Under the pieces are notes generated by a model, which did no database searches, was not told the origin of the DNA, and saw nothing but the letters and a program-made list of their open reading frames with translations. From assembly GCA_002633005.1 (NCBI GenBank), contig NMRA01000050.1, forward strand, positions 278,207-342,206: DNA of 64,000 bases, in the 5' to 3' direction. This stretch comes from Phoronis australis. Taxonomy: Eukaryota; Animalia; Phoronida. A program made the translations under genes and the position numbers. Of this stretch, positions 37,265-50,100 are shown in pieces. Numbering within the stretch: the first letter of the stretch is position 1; every line of letters starts with the position of its first letter.

Positions 37265-38006
37265 AGGCCCTTTCATATTGACTTAGCTCTGGTCTGAGGG
37301 GAGTGTCTACGTAAACAGCGCAGTTAACTGGACTGTTCATACTGGCTTTGGTAGTTAATGAACATCAAAGTGAGCGGTTTTGTGCCACTGTCATTGAATG
37401 GCAAGGTAGGGTTGCTCGCTAAGATTTTTTTCAGTGTTTCAATTTGGAAATATTTACTTGTGCTAAGTGACATTAAACTTAGTTTTAAATTGATTGGTTA
37501 TTATTAGAGCAAAATATAGGCAGCTATTAGTGACGGCACTACCTTGTAACTGTGGACGATAACAGTGACACCTGGCGATAACTTTGATTGGACCGGAGTT
37601 AAGCATTCATACTGCACTGCAGCGTCAACGCTGCGGTCTTAAATCCACCTGTTAACTGCGATATTAATTGGAGCTGTTAACTGTGATCCAGGACCGGAGT
37701 TAAGCGTTCATACTGACCGCAACTTCCCAAACCATCGACGCATTGACGTTAGTATGAAAGGTCCTTTAGTGGAATATCAAGTCACTCTAGTCCCTTCCAT
37801 ACTGACTTAATTCCGGTATGAGCAGAGCATTGATGTTAACTGAACTGTTCATACCGGCTTCGGTAGTTAATGAACACTGAAGCAAACAGTAGGTGATCAT
37901 CGAAGTAACTGGCACTGTTATCTTCAATCAAGGACCGAAGTTAATTGTTCATACTGCCTGCAACTTCCCGAAATATTGATGCGTCGACGTTTGTATGAAA
38001 GGGCCT
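37265..38006. mobile_element. Two adjacent copies of a PIF/Harbinger-like foldback MITE (about 37265-37765 and 37789-38006)
   Basis: TIRs GGCCCTTTCATA.. and ..GTATGAAAGG(G/T)CC; shared internal blocks such as GTTAACTG.ACTGTTCATAC.GGCTT.GGTAGTTAATGAACA and GGACCG.AGTTAA. Confidence 0.65.
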
Positions 38007-38060
38007 TCTGACTGAGGCTTGGAGTCACTTTGACTAATTAAAGGTCTGGGTATACGATTC

Positions 38061-38308
38061 ACTGTGACTGAGATCTGGGTACATATCTGTGACTGAGATC
38101 TGGGTACATATCTGTGACTGAGGTCTGGGTACATATCTGTGACAGAGGTCTGGATACATATCTGTGACTGAGGTCTGGGTACATATCTGTGACAGAGGTC
38201 TGGATACATATCTGTGACTGAGGTCTGGGTACATATCTGTGACTGAGGTCTGGGTACATATCTGTGACTGAGGTCTGGGTACATATCTGTGACTGAGGTC
38301 TGGGTACA
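38061..38308. repeat. 25-bp minisatellite, about 10 copies
   Basis: Unit TCTGTGACTGAGGTCTGGGTACATA; it accounts for three repetitive ORFs. Confidence 0.97.
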
Positions 38309-41300
38309 CAAGTCAATGTGACGAAGGCCTGCGTGTGCAAGTCAATACAGTGAGTGACGCCTGACTACATGAGCCACTCTGACTCGGAGGTTTGGGTAGG
38401 CAAGACAATCTTAACACAGTGCAGTCTGACTTAGGGCAATAACTAGCATTGCAGAACTACAGTGTGTCATCTTACAGAAGAAGACAGTGTCAATTCTGTG
38501 GCACTGTGGACTGAGTCCAGTCATCTTGTTATTGTCAACTAACATACAGGCTCAACACAATGTGGTGGACAAGTCATTTTCTTCTCCATCCATTTTTTCA
38601 TTAGGTAATGTAGCACCAAAAGAATACTTTATCATTTTCAAGAATAATGAGTAAGAATAAATTTGTCATAAAACAACATTTTGTAAAGTTCCATTATTTA
38701 AAATTAGGTACCAGTGAACACCCTTTGGAAAATGTCGATTTTGGCAAATCTGGCCAAAATAACTTGTGAAAGTATAAAACAGTGAAATACAAACTGTTCA
38801 GCTTGGGTGAAGTGTATTGCTATAGTGTGGAGTGCAGGTGCTACCAGTGGGTGGCCTAGATATTGTGTGATTGAGACTGACCTATCAAAATATAACTGTG
38901 TAGCTATATAATACACTATTGTGAATGTACCTTCATTAAATAGTTTACTTTGTAGTGGAATTTAATTGATGCTATAAAAATATAGTCTGATTGTACAACC
39001 TGAATGTGAGTTTTGGAGTTTTCTTTGAGAACCAGTATGTCAGATTTGCATCAAAAATAGTTAAGAAATTTAAGCTTTTTTGTTAATGATACTTCAAGCT
39101 TTGATGAAATAGTTTTGTTACCTGTTTCTGTTATCATTTATCAAGGGAATTAAGCAAATTGTTACGTAACTGCCCCCCTCCTGAACTGAAAATCTGCAGG
39201 CGTCTGGTCCACTGAGCCTAGGTATCAGAGCTGCTCCAAAGCAAGATGACACAACTGGCTTAACTCCCCACTGATTCTTCTTCTAACTTGTTGTGGGTTT
39301 GGGGAACTGCTATTTTTGATAGTGACTAATTCTAAGGCACAATTGTCTGTGTTCTTCAACTCTTCTGTTTTTGCCATAAAAGTTCTAACCTCAAGTTCTG
39401 CGAATTAGCAGTTTCCACCTTTATTTTCCAATGCTGTGATCAACACTGGGGAAATGTTTCCATTATTATTTACAATCCAGAAGCTAAGACACGAAAATAG
39501 ACTAATAAAACTAAGAAATTCATCAAAGCTAAAACGACACTGCTGCACAACTGTTCAGTGAAATTGTTTCAGTTTTTTTTTACCGGATGGATTGTTTCTA
39601 AATTTCTTACAAACTTTTAATATTATTGAATGGTTCGATATTTTAAGTTGTATATTTCACGAACTGAAAATTCTTATAAATTCATTATAAAATAAAACTT
39701 TACTGGTTATTCAACTCTTTCACATATAATCTTGTCACTGAACCGGTGCAGCATGGTGCTCTGCATACTTATGAGGTCATATTATATAACAACAAGTCGA
39801 AGCACACAGCAACACTACTCCCATGTTTCAGTTTCACACAAAATGTATTGAATTTTGAAGTTAACAAATTTAAGACAGGAAAGACATCTAACTTTTAAGG
39901 ATCAGTTTTGGATGGAAAGTGGCAATAGCCCACTTAATCTTGTCTTTGGTCGCCTGTTATAAGTGACGTGTCACATAAGCAGAGGCATGCTCATGTTGTG
40001 TAAACTCCTAGGTAGATGAATAAAAATTGAATTATTTAACATGGTAAGTGTCCAGGGCTTTAATCATGCCTTTTCCCCCTGAGGCACTGTGTGGTTCACC
40101 CACCTTTGTCTGGTTATGCTCTTGTTCTGGGTGTAGGGGTGACAACAGTTCTCCATGTGTGAATGGAGCTCTGTTGAATGACAGTGTGAATAATAATCCA
40201 CTGTTCACAGCTGGACAGTGAAGTGGGTGGGACCAGAGAGGTCAGATTGTATGAGTGACCCTGACCTGCTTCTAGGCTGACTGTGTCAAGTGGAGGAAAA
40301 AACAACCCTCCAGGTAGATGGTACAAAAGGGTGACAAGTCTTGACTTACTTGGCAAGTTATGGAGACAGTTACATAGCCTGTTAATATGGAAACATGGGT
40401 AAACAGTAAAGTTATCATATTTTAGGTTATATCATCACTAACTTCTTTTTTTCTGGGCAGGTAAGTGAGCTCCTAGAGCTGCTGTTAGCAAACAAAAAGA
40501 GACAACCACATTTATTTGTTTTAACTTTACTTGGGCAGATCCAAATGCTGAAAAGAGTGTTCTAGCTGGGGTCTCTAAATTTGAGTCAGGTTGTCCATTT
40601 GGACGCCCTGGTCACTCACTAAATGGAGGTCTGTTGTACTTGAGGAAAATATTTTGGCAAATGACAAAAGTAGACGCATTACTTTGGCAAGTTGATTGTT
40701 ACACCGCTCAACTTATTAAAACTGGTGCATGGTTCGGGTCGGGGTGTGAATTTACAGTGCGACAAGTTGTGGGTCACAATGCAATTGTTTGAGCTCATAT
40801 TATTGTTTGAAACAGCTAGTTCACAAGTACTTGTAACACTTTGTTTTAAAGTCACTGAATAATACCTTAGACTTTTGGGTTTTGTTTTCAGTTTCATATT
40901 ATTGGGATTAAAATGGTGGTTAGGCTGAATTCAAGCTGTAACTCTGAAGTTGACCCAATCTGAGTGGATTGAAATTGACTGATGTAAGGTTTATAGGTTT
41001 GTGCCATATGTAGTTTATGTATTTATGAAACCTTTTAATTGTGACCCAGCATTCCACACCTTTTATTTGACACACTGGACTGTTGAGCACCACATGCTAA
41101 AGAGACAAAAAGGTATCTTCCTTTGAACTAAGTGTCAAAGTTAAGTACAATGGGGGGTGAGTTTTATCCTTAAAAATGTGAGGGGCGGTTTGGATCCTTA
41201 AAAATTCCACTTTTATTAATCATGTCTGTTAAATTTTCATGTGGCAAATGTTACACAATGGTGGAAGATTTATTTTGCTGGTTTTTATCATTTCATTGTT

Positions 41301-42560
41301 TTCCAAATCCTGACTAGTATGTAGTGTGTGTTAGTTTATCCTCACACTAGACCATAGTGACATTTGTATCATAATCTCAGTGGCCATGTAGCTCACTGCC
41401 TCACTATATAGTACCCTCAACAGGATAGTCTACAAGGTTTTCAGTAGCTTGTTTTCTTTGTACATACAAAAGCCTGTGTTTGTTCAAGCATTTATTTTTA
41501 TCTGATAAAAACTATGCTCAAATATTTACAAATATGACATACAAATTTACAATCTAAACCAGTGCCCAGACTATTTCTGGGTACGCCCTGAAAGGGTTGG
41601 TGACCCTGGTGGTAACTCTCACAGTGTGAGCAGATAAAGCAGGCCAAATTTAAGAGGTTTTAAGTTGACACAGGAGGCTACTTTTGTAAGGGAATGAATT
41701 TACTTTGATGATAAGTGAAGAATGTGGATCCTAGGGGAGTGCATTGAGTTAGCAGACAGCTGGCCTCTCCAAGTCTCAGGTGATAACATTGTGACTGCCT
41801 GCACTAGGTCTGGGTGGTTTATGCCCTTATGAAAAGCGCCTTAACCATTTTGGAAATAAATTACATTGGATGTTGTATTGAAATATGGAGAATTATGCTA
41901 GCAGTTCAGGTAATAAATGAGTTTGTTTCTCATGTTTTTAAAACTGAATTTTTGATAAGCCTTGTTGTATCTCAAAGGGTTAATCTACTTCAAAAACTTG
42001 AAAGTTTGTACCAAACTAAGTAATATGTGACATGGGTTAAGGTTTCCTTTTCTGTGTTGAAATTAAAACCCTTTTGGATCATAATTTTGTACCTCGGCAG
42101 AGATCACAAAATCGTCAACTATTCCCATCTGTTTCCGTAACCTGTGTTCCTTGTCCATCTGTTAAGGAACTATTCCTGAATGATGGCCATGTTGTTCTTG
42201 AAAACGAATGATATCACCTGAGCGTAAAAGTGGTGTTATTTTGTTTGGTTGTTTTTTATTCTGATTGTGGTTCTTTTGATACAACTTTAATTGTTTATTG
42301 TCCAAATCTTATCTGCTTCTTTGCGTATGGCGCGTAATGTTCAATGTAATCATAATTTTAAATTGTGAATACATCAAACCTACTGCAGCCAGCACTTGCT
42401 ACCCTGACTCATCACAAAGGCACGTCAAAGTTCAACTACAGTACCCGTTCTGGTTTTAAATGAGACGAAAAACCTTTCTGAGTTGGTGAATATGCCGTTT
42501 CTTTATTTGGGAAACGGTTGCAAAGTACCAGCAATTGCCTTGTAAACGCGTGTCGTTTAA

Positions 42561-43786
42561 GGTAGGTTTATACACAGATCAAATCTCCAGGTTCCTAACT
42601 AAAATGAGTAAAAAAGGGAGTTTTAACTAGTTAGACATGACTCTGAAAGGGGCAAAAATCGAAAAAAAAAGTTTTTTTGTAGTTCGTTTTTAAAAAATCG
42701 TATTTTTTAATTTTCAAAAAATCCAATTTTGCCTCGAATTTTTTTCAAATGCACAGGGATTATCAACTGTTTCCTTTCGCAATATTCTACTTATCCATAC
42801 CAAATACATGTACAAAATCATTATGATCTTGATTTTGCGGCATTTTTTGCATGTGAGTTGGGGCAAGCACGCCACTTTTTGTCATTTGGTCACTTTCCGT
42901 CTAATAACTAAAAATCGGGTCCATGTAACAAAAAACCCTGGCACGCGATTTTACTTCCGTCCTAGAGGATTTCTTATTTGCAAATTTCGTATGTTTGACC
43001 CACGTGTTGCGGAAAAATAGGCTCGAGAATCTTGTCACTATCCTGAAATCACGAGCCGAGAAAAACGGCTTTGAAGTTAAGCAGTCATTGATTGCCACTT
43101 GAGATCAAATTTTGTTCAGAATGCGTGGTCATTATGTTCCAATTTGTGTTGAAGTACTAGAAATAAAGCTGATATTTACTTCATGTTTAGAAAATGTGAC
43201 ATACTTGTTTGTTTACAGCGTAATTTTAATCATTTTTTCGAACTTGTGAAGCACGAAAGACGACCAAAACAAATATGGCTGTCACGTGGGCAGAGCTTAG
43301 CATTGATCTATTGTCTGCTGTACTGGTGTGCGGACCACACATTAAAATCATGTGTTGATTGTTTATACGGTTCATCTGAACTCTACACTCAGTGTAGTAA
43401 AAAAGACTCTAACTATATTACACAGACCTATTTGTTGGTATTCCAATATCATCAACCAACATATGTGTTATATCAAATCGCCCCGTTACTGTCTACATAA
43501 CAATATTGGCGAGGAGGATAAAGAACTACTTTCATAGTAATGGTTCAACATTTTTACGTGCCTGTACCGAATGGACTTTGGGATAAGAAAATTTCACTTT
43601 CTGCGCAAATAGCGTCACTTGGGTGAGATTCTCAAGTTACCAAAGTTTCTTATCTTGCTTTCCTCTAAAATCGTATAATATGAGTTTTATTTTTCTTCAG
43701 TATACTGTGCATCAAGAATTAAAGATTAGGATGACATAGAAATGTAAAAAACAGTCAAAATTAATTCTGTTGTGAATCCACCTACC
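42561..43786. mobile_element. Kolobok-like non-autonomous DNA transposon
   Basis: TTAA|GGTAGGTTTATACACAGA...TCTGTTGTGAATCCACCTACC|TTAA. Confidence 0.7.
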
Positions 43787-43790
43787 TTAA

Positions 43791-43936
43791 CGTAATAAGA
43801 ATGTTACATATAAAACATTTTTTATATTCCCTGATCACTTTTCTTTCAGAAAATATATACTTTTACTAATTGACAAAGCTTAGTTTTTTGATATTTGAGT
43901 TAGAATGGAGGCCACTAAATAAGGTTCCAGATAACC
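43791..43936. mobile_element. Right end of the same MITE family as 62669-63128
   Basis: TTCAGAAAATATATACTTTTAC..GAGTTAGAATGGAGGC.ACTAAATAAGGTT..AGATAACC|TTAA is shared with 63038-63132. Confidence 0.8.
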
Positions 43937-44129
43937 TTAATAATGCAGCCTGTTTACAAGATGACAATAACTTGAGCCCCGACAATTGTCTCATCATTGT
44001 CATCACAAAATTTCCTTTCTTTGGTGCTTAAACAATATTTCAACTTTGATCCCCAGTTTTTTGCAATTTATTCAAATTTTATTTATCTTTTCTACGTTGT
44101 TATTTTTGTTCCCAGGTTGCTGAATCAGA

Positions 44130-47100
44130 ATGTTCAAGCACCGTAAGACCGCGGCCCCTGCTCCGCCGAGGAAGAAGCCACCGCCCCCAACCCAGAATGG
44201 CAAGGCATCCCCACCAGTCATCTATCAAGACGCGCCATCAGGTGATGAGAATATGAAGGAACTTCCAGAGGAAATCCTGCAGCTGACAGTGCTGCTCCCT
44301 GGTGGCAAAACATCCTGTCTGGAAGTTAGTGGAGGGTGAGTGTTTTCATGGTACACTGATTAAAAATGAAATGAAGTTGGAATATTTTGTTCAATCAGGA
44401 ATCAGCATTCTGGTTAAAAAATATTCTTAAGCTCAAATATTATTTTGCAAACTAAGGAAGACGTATTTTTGTAAATACAATGTTTATTAGTATGTTAAGC
44501 TCCATGATAGAAGAGAACACGTGATGCTCTTGTGAGGGGTTAGAATTCAACACTGGCTTAGGCTCACTGTGCCCATAATTTTGCCCACAGAAATGTTTTT
44601 TTTTATTATTAGTTTTCAGTTTGCTTTAATCAAGATTAAGCTTTTTACTTCTTTGTCTTGTTTCAAGTTTACGAAAGTGGAACCAAAAATTAAAATGCTT
44701 GCAATATCGTTTTCGTATGTCTGGCCATTCTGTGATACCCATTTGCTTAAGGTCTTGATCTACATACAGTGACTGAGTGCCCCATGTTTTCCAGCACTCC
44801 CATGATGGATCTTTTAGTCAATATTGCCGCTCGTAACAAGCTCAACCCAGGTGCCCATGTTCTGCAAGTAACCAATGATGACACTGGCAAACCGGTCAGC
44901 TACAAACCCAACAGTTTCATTGGCTCACTTAATAGTACTATGGTGCAACTAATTCCCAAGAAGGGTCAAGGGCAAACTACAGACAAGATGTCCTCAGGAC
45001 CAACAGAAAAGCCTTTTGAGGTATGTGTTGTGCACAGGGAGTTGATCCAGACCACTAAAGCATCAAAGGGTTGGCAATTCAGCAAAACATGATCACTTAG
45101 ATTAAAAGAATTGAAATCCTTGATTCTGGTTACTAACGGAAATTAAAATCCACAATATAGTTAAGTCTTTGGAACATATTAGTGCCCTGTAGACTTCGCT
45201 AATCCTTAAAGGTATGATTTGCGTTCAACAACTCCTAACAAAATATGCCTACACTTTGAGCAACGTGGTGGATCTAGTGAATGACTGTGAGTCTAGTGGA
45301 TGACAGTGAGTCTTCTAACCTGCCAATCCATTTAGTGATATAGTGAGGATGAGTTTCAGCTGAACAATGCTTTCATTCTGGGAAACTACCAAGTACCCGT
45401 TAGCAGATGATGGAAGCAATTTTGAATAAAATCACCAGAATGTGGTTTAATAGTAAATTTTTGTTCTGGGTCGGTGTTAACTCAGTAGGATATGGTGTGT
45501 CGAAGTGTCATATGATTCTGTACCAGTGTTCAGTTTTCTTATACATAAATTAAGCCATTGGTACTACTTGTTACACTAGGTTAAAGGACCAATTAACCCA
45601 TTCCTTCTGTCCGAAATCACTGTTTGATAATGTCACTTACTGCTTTAAAATAAATCTTGTCTTGTTTCCTACTCTGATGAGAAATAATCTCCAGGCTTGA
45701 GGAGAACAGGAAGGTTGTCATTGCTTTAGATGCAAGCTAAATTGCTTGTCATCACGGGTTAGTTTCAGTTGCCGATGTAGTATGGCTGTCAGGGGAATTC
45801 CGGGCGAATCTGTTATATCCAATTTCAAATCAAACAAAGAATACAAGCATGGTGACATTATGCCTGTATCCGCTAAAATTGGCAGACTCCACTCTGAGGA
45901 CCAAGACATCATGTGTGAAATGAGAAAATTTAATTAGTGTGTCGATTCAGGTGTCTAGTAACGTTTGGTGTTCGTAGGCTCTGAACAGACATTTAAATTG
46001 CGTTGCTGTTTGAGTAATGATCAAAAAACATTTTGTGTATTGGAAAATGACATAACATTCTATCAAACGGAAAGTTTCTATCGTAAATTTGATCAAGTCT
46101 CATGTCTCGTATCACTGACGTATCCACAGGTAACTATGCGACTCACCGTTAACTTCCCACATAATCAGCGCAAGGTGCTACGTGTCAACCCCACATTGAC
46201 CATGATGGAGATCTTCAGCGTCATCTGCCGCGACAAAGACCTTGACCAATCACAGTATGAGTTACGTCTGCCTGGCGCACCAGATGACTCCCTCAATATG
46301 GCATGGAAACTCACCGAGTATGGTGTCAATGAGATTAACCTCATAGCTATGCCAGGTACAAAATGTAAGGAAAGTCGTTTCGTTTTATATTTTTGTGACG
46401 TCTGTGCACCGCCTGTCTCTCTGCTTGTTTTGTTGCCGTAGATACGGCACGTCTGCTCGTGACTGTCCATTTCTAACTGTGTACAGGTAGGCCACTGAAT
46501 CTGTTCATTGTATTGGCACTCTAAGATGTGACTGAAGTCAGCTTACTTTTACCCACGCATTGTTGGATTCACCACTTACTGTGGACATAATGACAAGGAC
46601 ATAATTATGTGTCATCAGAGTAATGATATACAAACAGGGGAGTTAATTGCTCTCTTAAGAGTAAGAGAACAATAAGACCTGTAAAAGATTTATTTTGACA
46701 ACTTTTTCGTGTAGAAAACATTCTCATTAAGTGTTGCATTCAGTCTATAGAGCATTATAATATTACTTATTGAAAAAACTTTTGAGAACTCAGTTGTGAA
46801 TTATATCCAGCTATGTTGTCTGGAAGTACCTTGCCAAAGGGTCAAGGTCTTTTAAATGTGTCTTCTTCAATGTGGATGCTTGCTTAAGATGAGTGTGTGT
46901 GATTACTAGGGCAACCATAATTGCTTTCATTACTAACCCACTTTGCAATTAGTTTCTTATGTTGCAGTCCCAGACCAGCGAATACTGAACAGACGGTTCA
47001 AATTCCAAATTCATGCCCCACACTGCATGTACACGCACAGACACACGCACGCACACACACGCACGCACACACTCACACCAAAAATTCTCCATACCCAGTG

Positions 47101-50100
47101 ATCATCACTGTAGACAGGGTTCTTCAGATGGACAAATGGTTTGGGTCTGAAGTATGGTCCCCAGGAAAGAGTTTGGTCACCGGGCATAGAGTATTTTTGG
47201 CGTGTTTGTGACGTTTAAGGGTACATGTATTGAATTTGTACTGCGGGTTTGGTGTTTGATGGTCTGCGACTGGGGTGTAAGGCATCAAAGCTGGATTTAA
47301 GTGAAGCTGTCATGTAATCGTCTCCACCCTCTGAACGTGATATTGTGTTAATCAATAGTGTTGCTTGTAGAACCCAAGTCACTACTTGACTTGGTCTTAG
47401 CATTCTTGCAGGTAGTGACTAACTCTTGCGTTTAGAAATACACTTGATCACTTTGTATCAGAGACTGTAACATTTGTTACATTTGTAAAACTACCTACAC
47501 TTAGTACTCTACCTTTTGGACAGTGTATTCATTGACAGCAAGTAAATGTCTCTCTTGGTCGTATCCTTAACCAGTATGGCAAAAAAGAATTTTTCACTCT
47601 GACTCCTTCTAATGACATTGGTGAGGTAGAATATTGTGTAAAATTAACATGTCTACCGGATGGTGTCCACTTGGAAAGGAGAACTGTTGGCCACCTGTGT
47701 GCATGACCACATAACTTTCTGGTTTTTGCATTGTTATACAGGTAGAATTAATGTCTCACTAGTGCCACCTCGTGAATTTCAATCGGGCCACTGATGGTGT
47801 TGCGTTTTACTGCAGTGTAACCTTTTTGATTTTATTTCCTTTCCAAGTGGAGTATTATCCTGAGAAGTTTTTACTCGTCTCTTTCTTAGCATATTATGGA
47901 CTTTGTGCCAGTCTGGATTAACAGACTGTTGTCAATAGTCTCTTCTGGTGATCCCTGACGTTCAAAACCAGGCAAATTGGTTTTCAGAATCACCAACTAC
48001 CAATTTGCACTAGTTGCCATTGTTAGGTATGTGTTCTGTTGCAATATTTGTCCATTAAATAATTTGAATGTTACTTTCTGTGCTAGTTTGTGATGAAGTT
48101 AATTCCCTAATTTTAGTTCCAGACTTCCACAAAGCAACCAATGAGATTATAACGCAGCAAAAGGTGGTTAAAGCAATGCAACCTGAGAAGAAAAAGAAAG
48201 GCTTCTTTTCATTTCTCCGTAAGGATAAGAAATCCAAACATGTGAGTTCTTAGTTGTGTTTTTAAGGGACATTTTTCCAAGATGCTTAATTTTTCCATTG
48301 ATTGTGATTTTTGCGGTTTTGCAACACATTTTAAAAACATACGTTTTGTAGCTTATAATCAGAAGTCTGCTCTTCGGGAGCGGGGTTTTGCAAATCTCCA
48401 GTATCAACAGTTGAACTTTTAATAATGATCAAAGTGGTCATTCTAGTACTGTCAGAATGTACATATAATGATCAAAGTGGTCACTCTAGTACTGCCACAA
48501 TGTACATATAATGATCAAAGTGGTCACTCTAGTACTGCCACAATGTACATATAATGATCAAAGTGGTCATTCTAGTACTGCCACAATGTACATAATGGTT
48601 AATGTGGTCATCCTAGTATTGCCAGAATCATTATACTGATCAATGTGGTCATTCTAGTACTGTCAAAATCTATTATACAAAATGCATCGTTTGCACAAAC
48701 TCCATTTCCCTCGCTCCACTACAGAACTTCGTTGCACCTGTTTCGGCACCACCTTGGTCCCAGGTATTGGCCCTCTATTTGGATTCGAAGTGTTTTTTTG
48801 CGGACGCGGCGGGAGGGTGGCCAGTTTCATACTGGCCTTGCTGATGTCAGTCAGTCGGTTCAACAGCCTGGGTGACGTCACTCTGGCGGCTTAATTTCAC
48901 TCCCTCCGGCTTCTGTCTCGTATGTAATTAATTCATCGGGCCTGTTGCCACCAAAATGAATGGTGCCTCATTAAAATTCTTTTACTCTTCCTTGAGTAAA
49001 CTAAATTATTTACCCGGATGTTGGAAAATTGGCCTTCTTCAGTTATTCTGCTGCTAAAATTGCCATGCGCTCTTTAGGTGCCATAACGTCGCCTATTTGT
49101 CAATTTCCATGTTCTTCAATTAACTGTGATGTTCATGTCATAACGATCAGAAGTGGTTTCATTTAGTTACAACCCAATTTCAGAACAAACCCTCGAGAGA
49201 TATTGCAAATTTTTAGGAAATGGCGCGTACGTGCGTGTGTCACGAGTATACACTGTTTTCAAAACTACGTCAGATTTTCCTTAGTTACAAGGCGGAGAAC
49301 GGCTGTAACAGACAAGGTGAATGTCGGTTCATTCCCAAATGCTGCATGCACCCCTGCAGATTGTTAGCTCTAAGTTTCACTCGGGTTGTGTGGAATTTCG
49401 GTGTTTAATGGAGCACTAGACACGGCTACCTAGCTGCAGTATGTACATTTATGATGCAACTTTTGTAACTACATCTACATACTTTGAACACAGTCTCTTC
49501 AAGACGTATTCCCATCTCTTGCGATAAACACTCGGTTCACTCTTATAGGTGTAGGTATTTCCCCTCGGCGTTTCCCACTAGCTGCTACCCATGCAAAAGC
49601 ACGGGTAACAGCTAGTGTACATATAATGATCAATGTGGTCATTCTAGTTCTGCCAGAATGCACATGTATATTGATCATTGTGGTCGCAGCCAGAAAGCAT
49701 GACTTAGTGTTTACTTCATTTCAGCTGCTCTATTTAAAGCAGCAATAAACCTGCCTTCCATCACAAAAATCAACTTTTGATTTAGACCATTTACTTACGT
49801 TATGAAATTGGTCTCAAATTTTCCTTTGGTCAAACTGGAGGTGATTTCAGTTGGTTATTGATTGAGACCAGGTTCTACAATGTGGCTTGATGTGTCATTT
49901 TATATGCCAAGCGTGATCTCAAGGTGTAACCAACTACCAGTTCTTTACAAACTCAAGAATCACTGACACAAGAACAAGTTGAGACCAGTTTATTAGCACC
50001 AATTTCATAGCAGTAAGCAGTCCAAATCAAAAGTTTACTTCTTTGTTAATGCTGATTTCTAGCCACTTAAATGAAGTATCCCTGACGTTTTATCAGGCTA

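Noticed and set aside
48645-48894. ORFs at the Helitron 5' end
   Set aside because: Short, with no Rep or helicase motifs.
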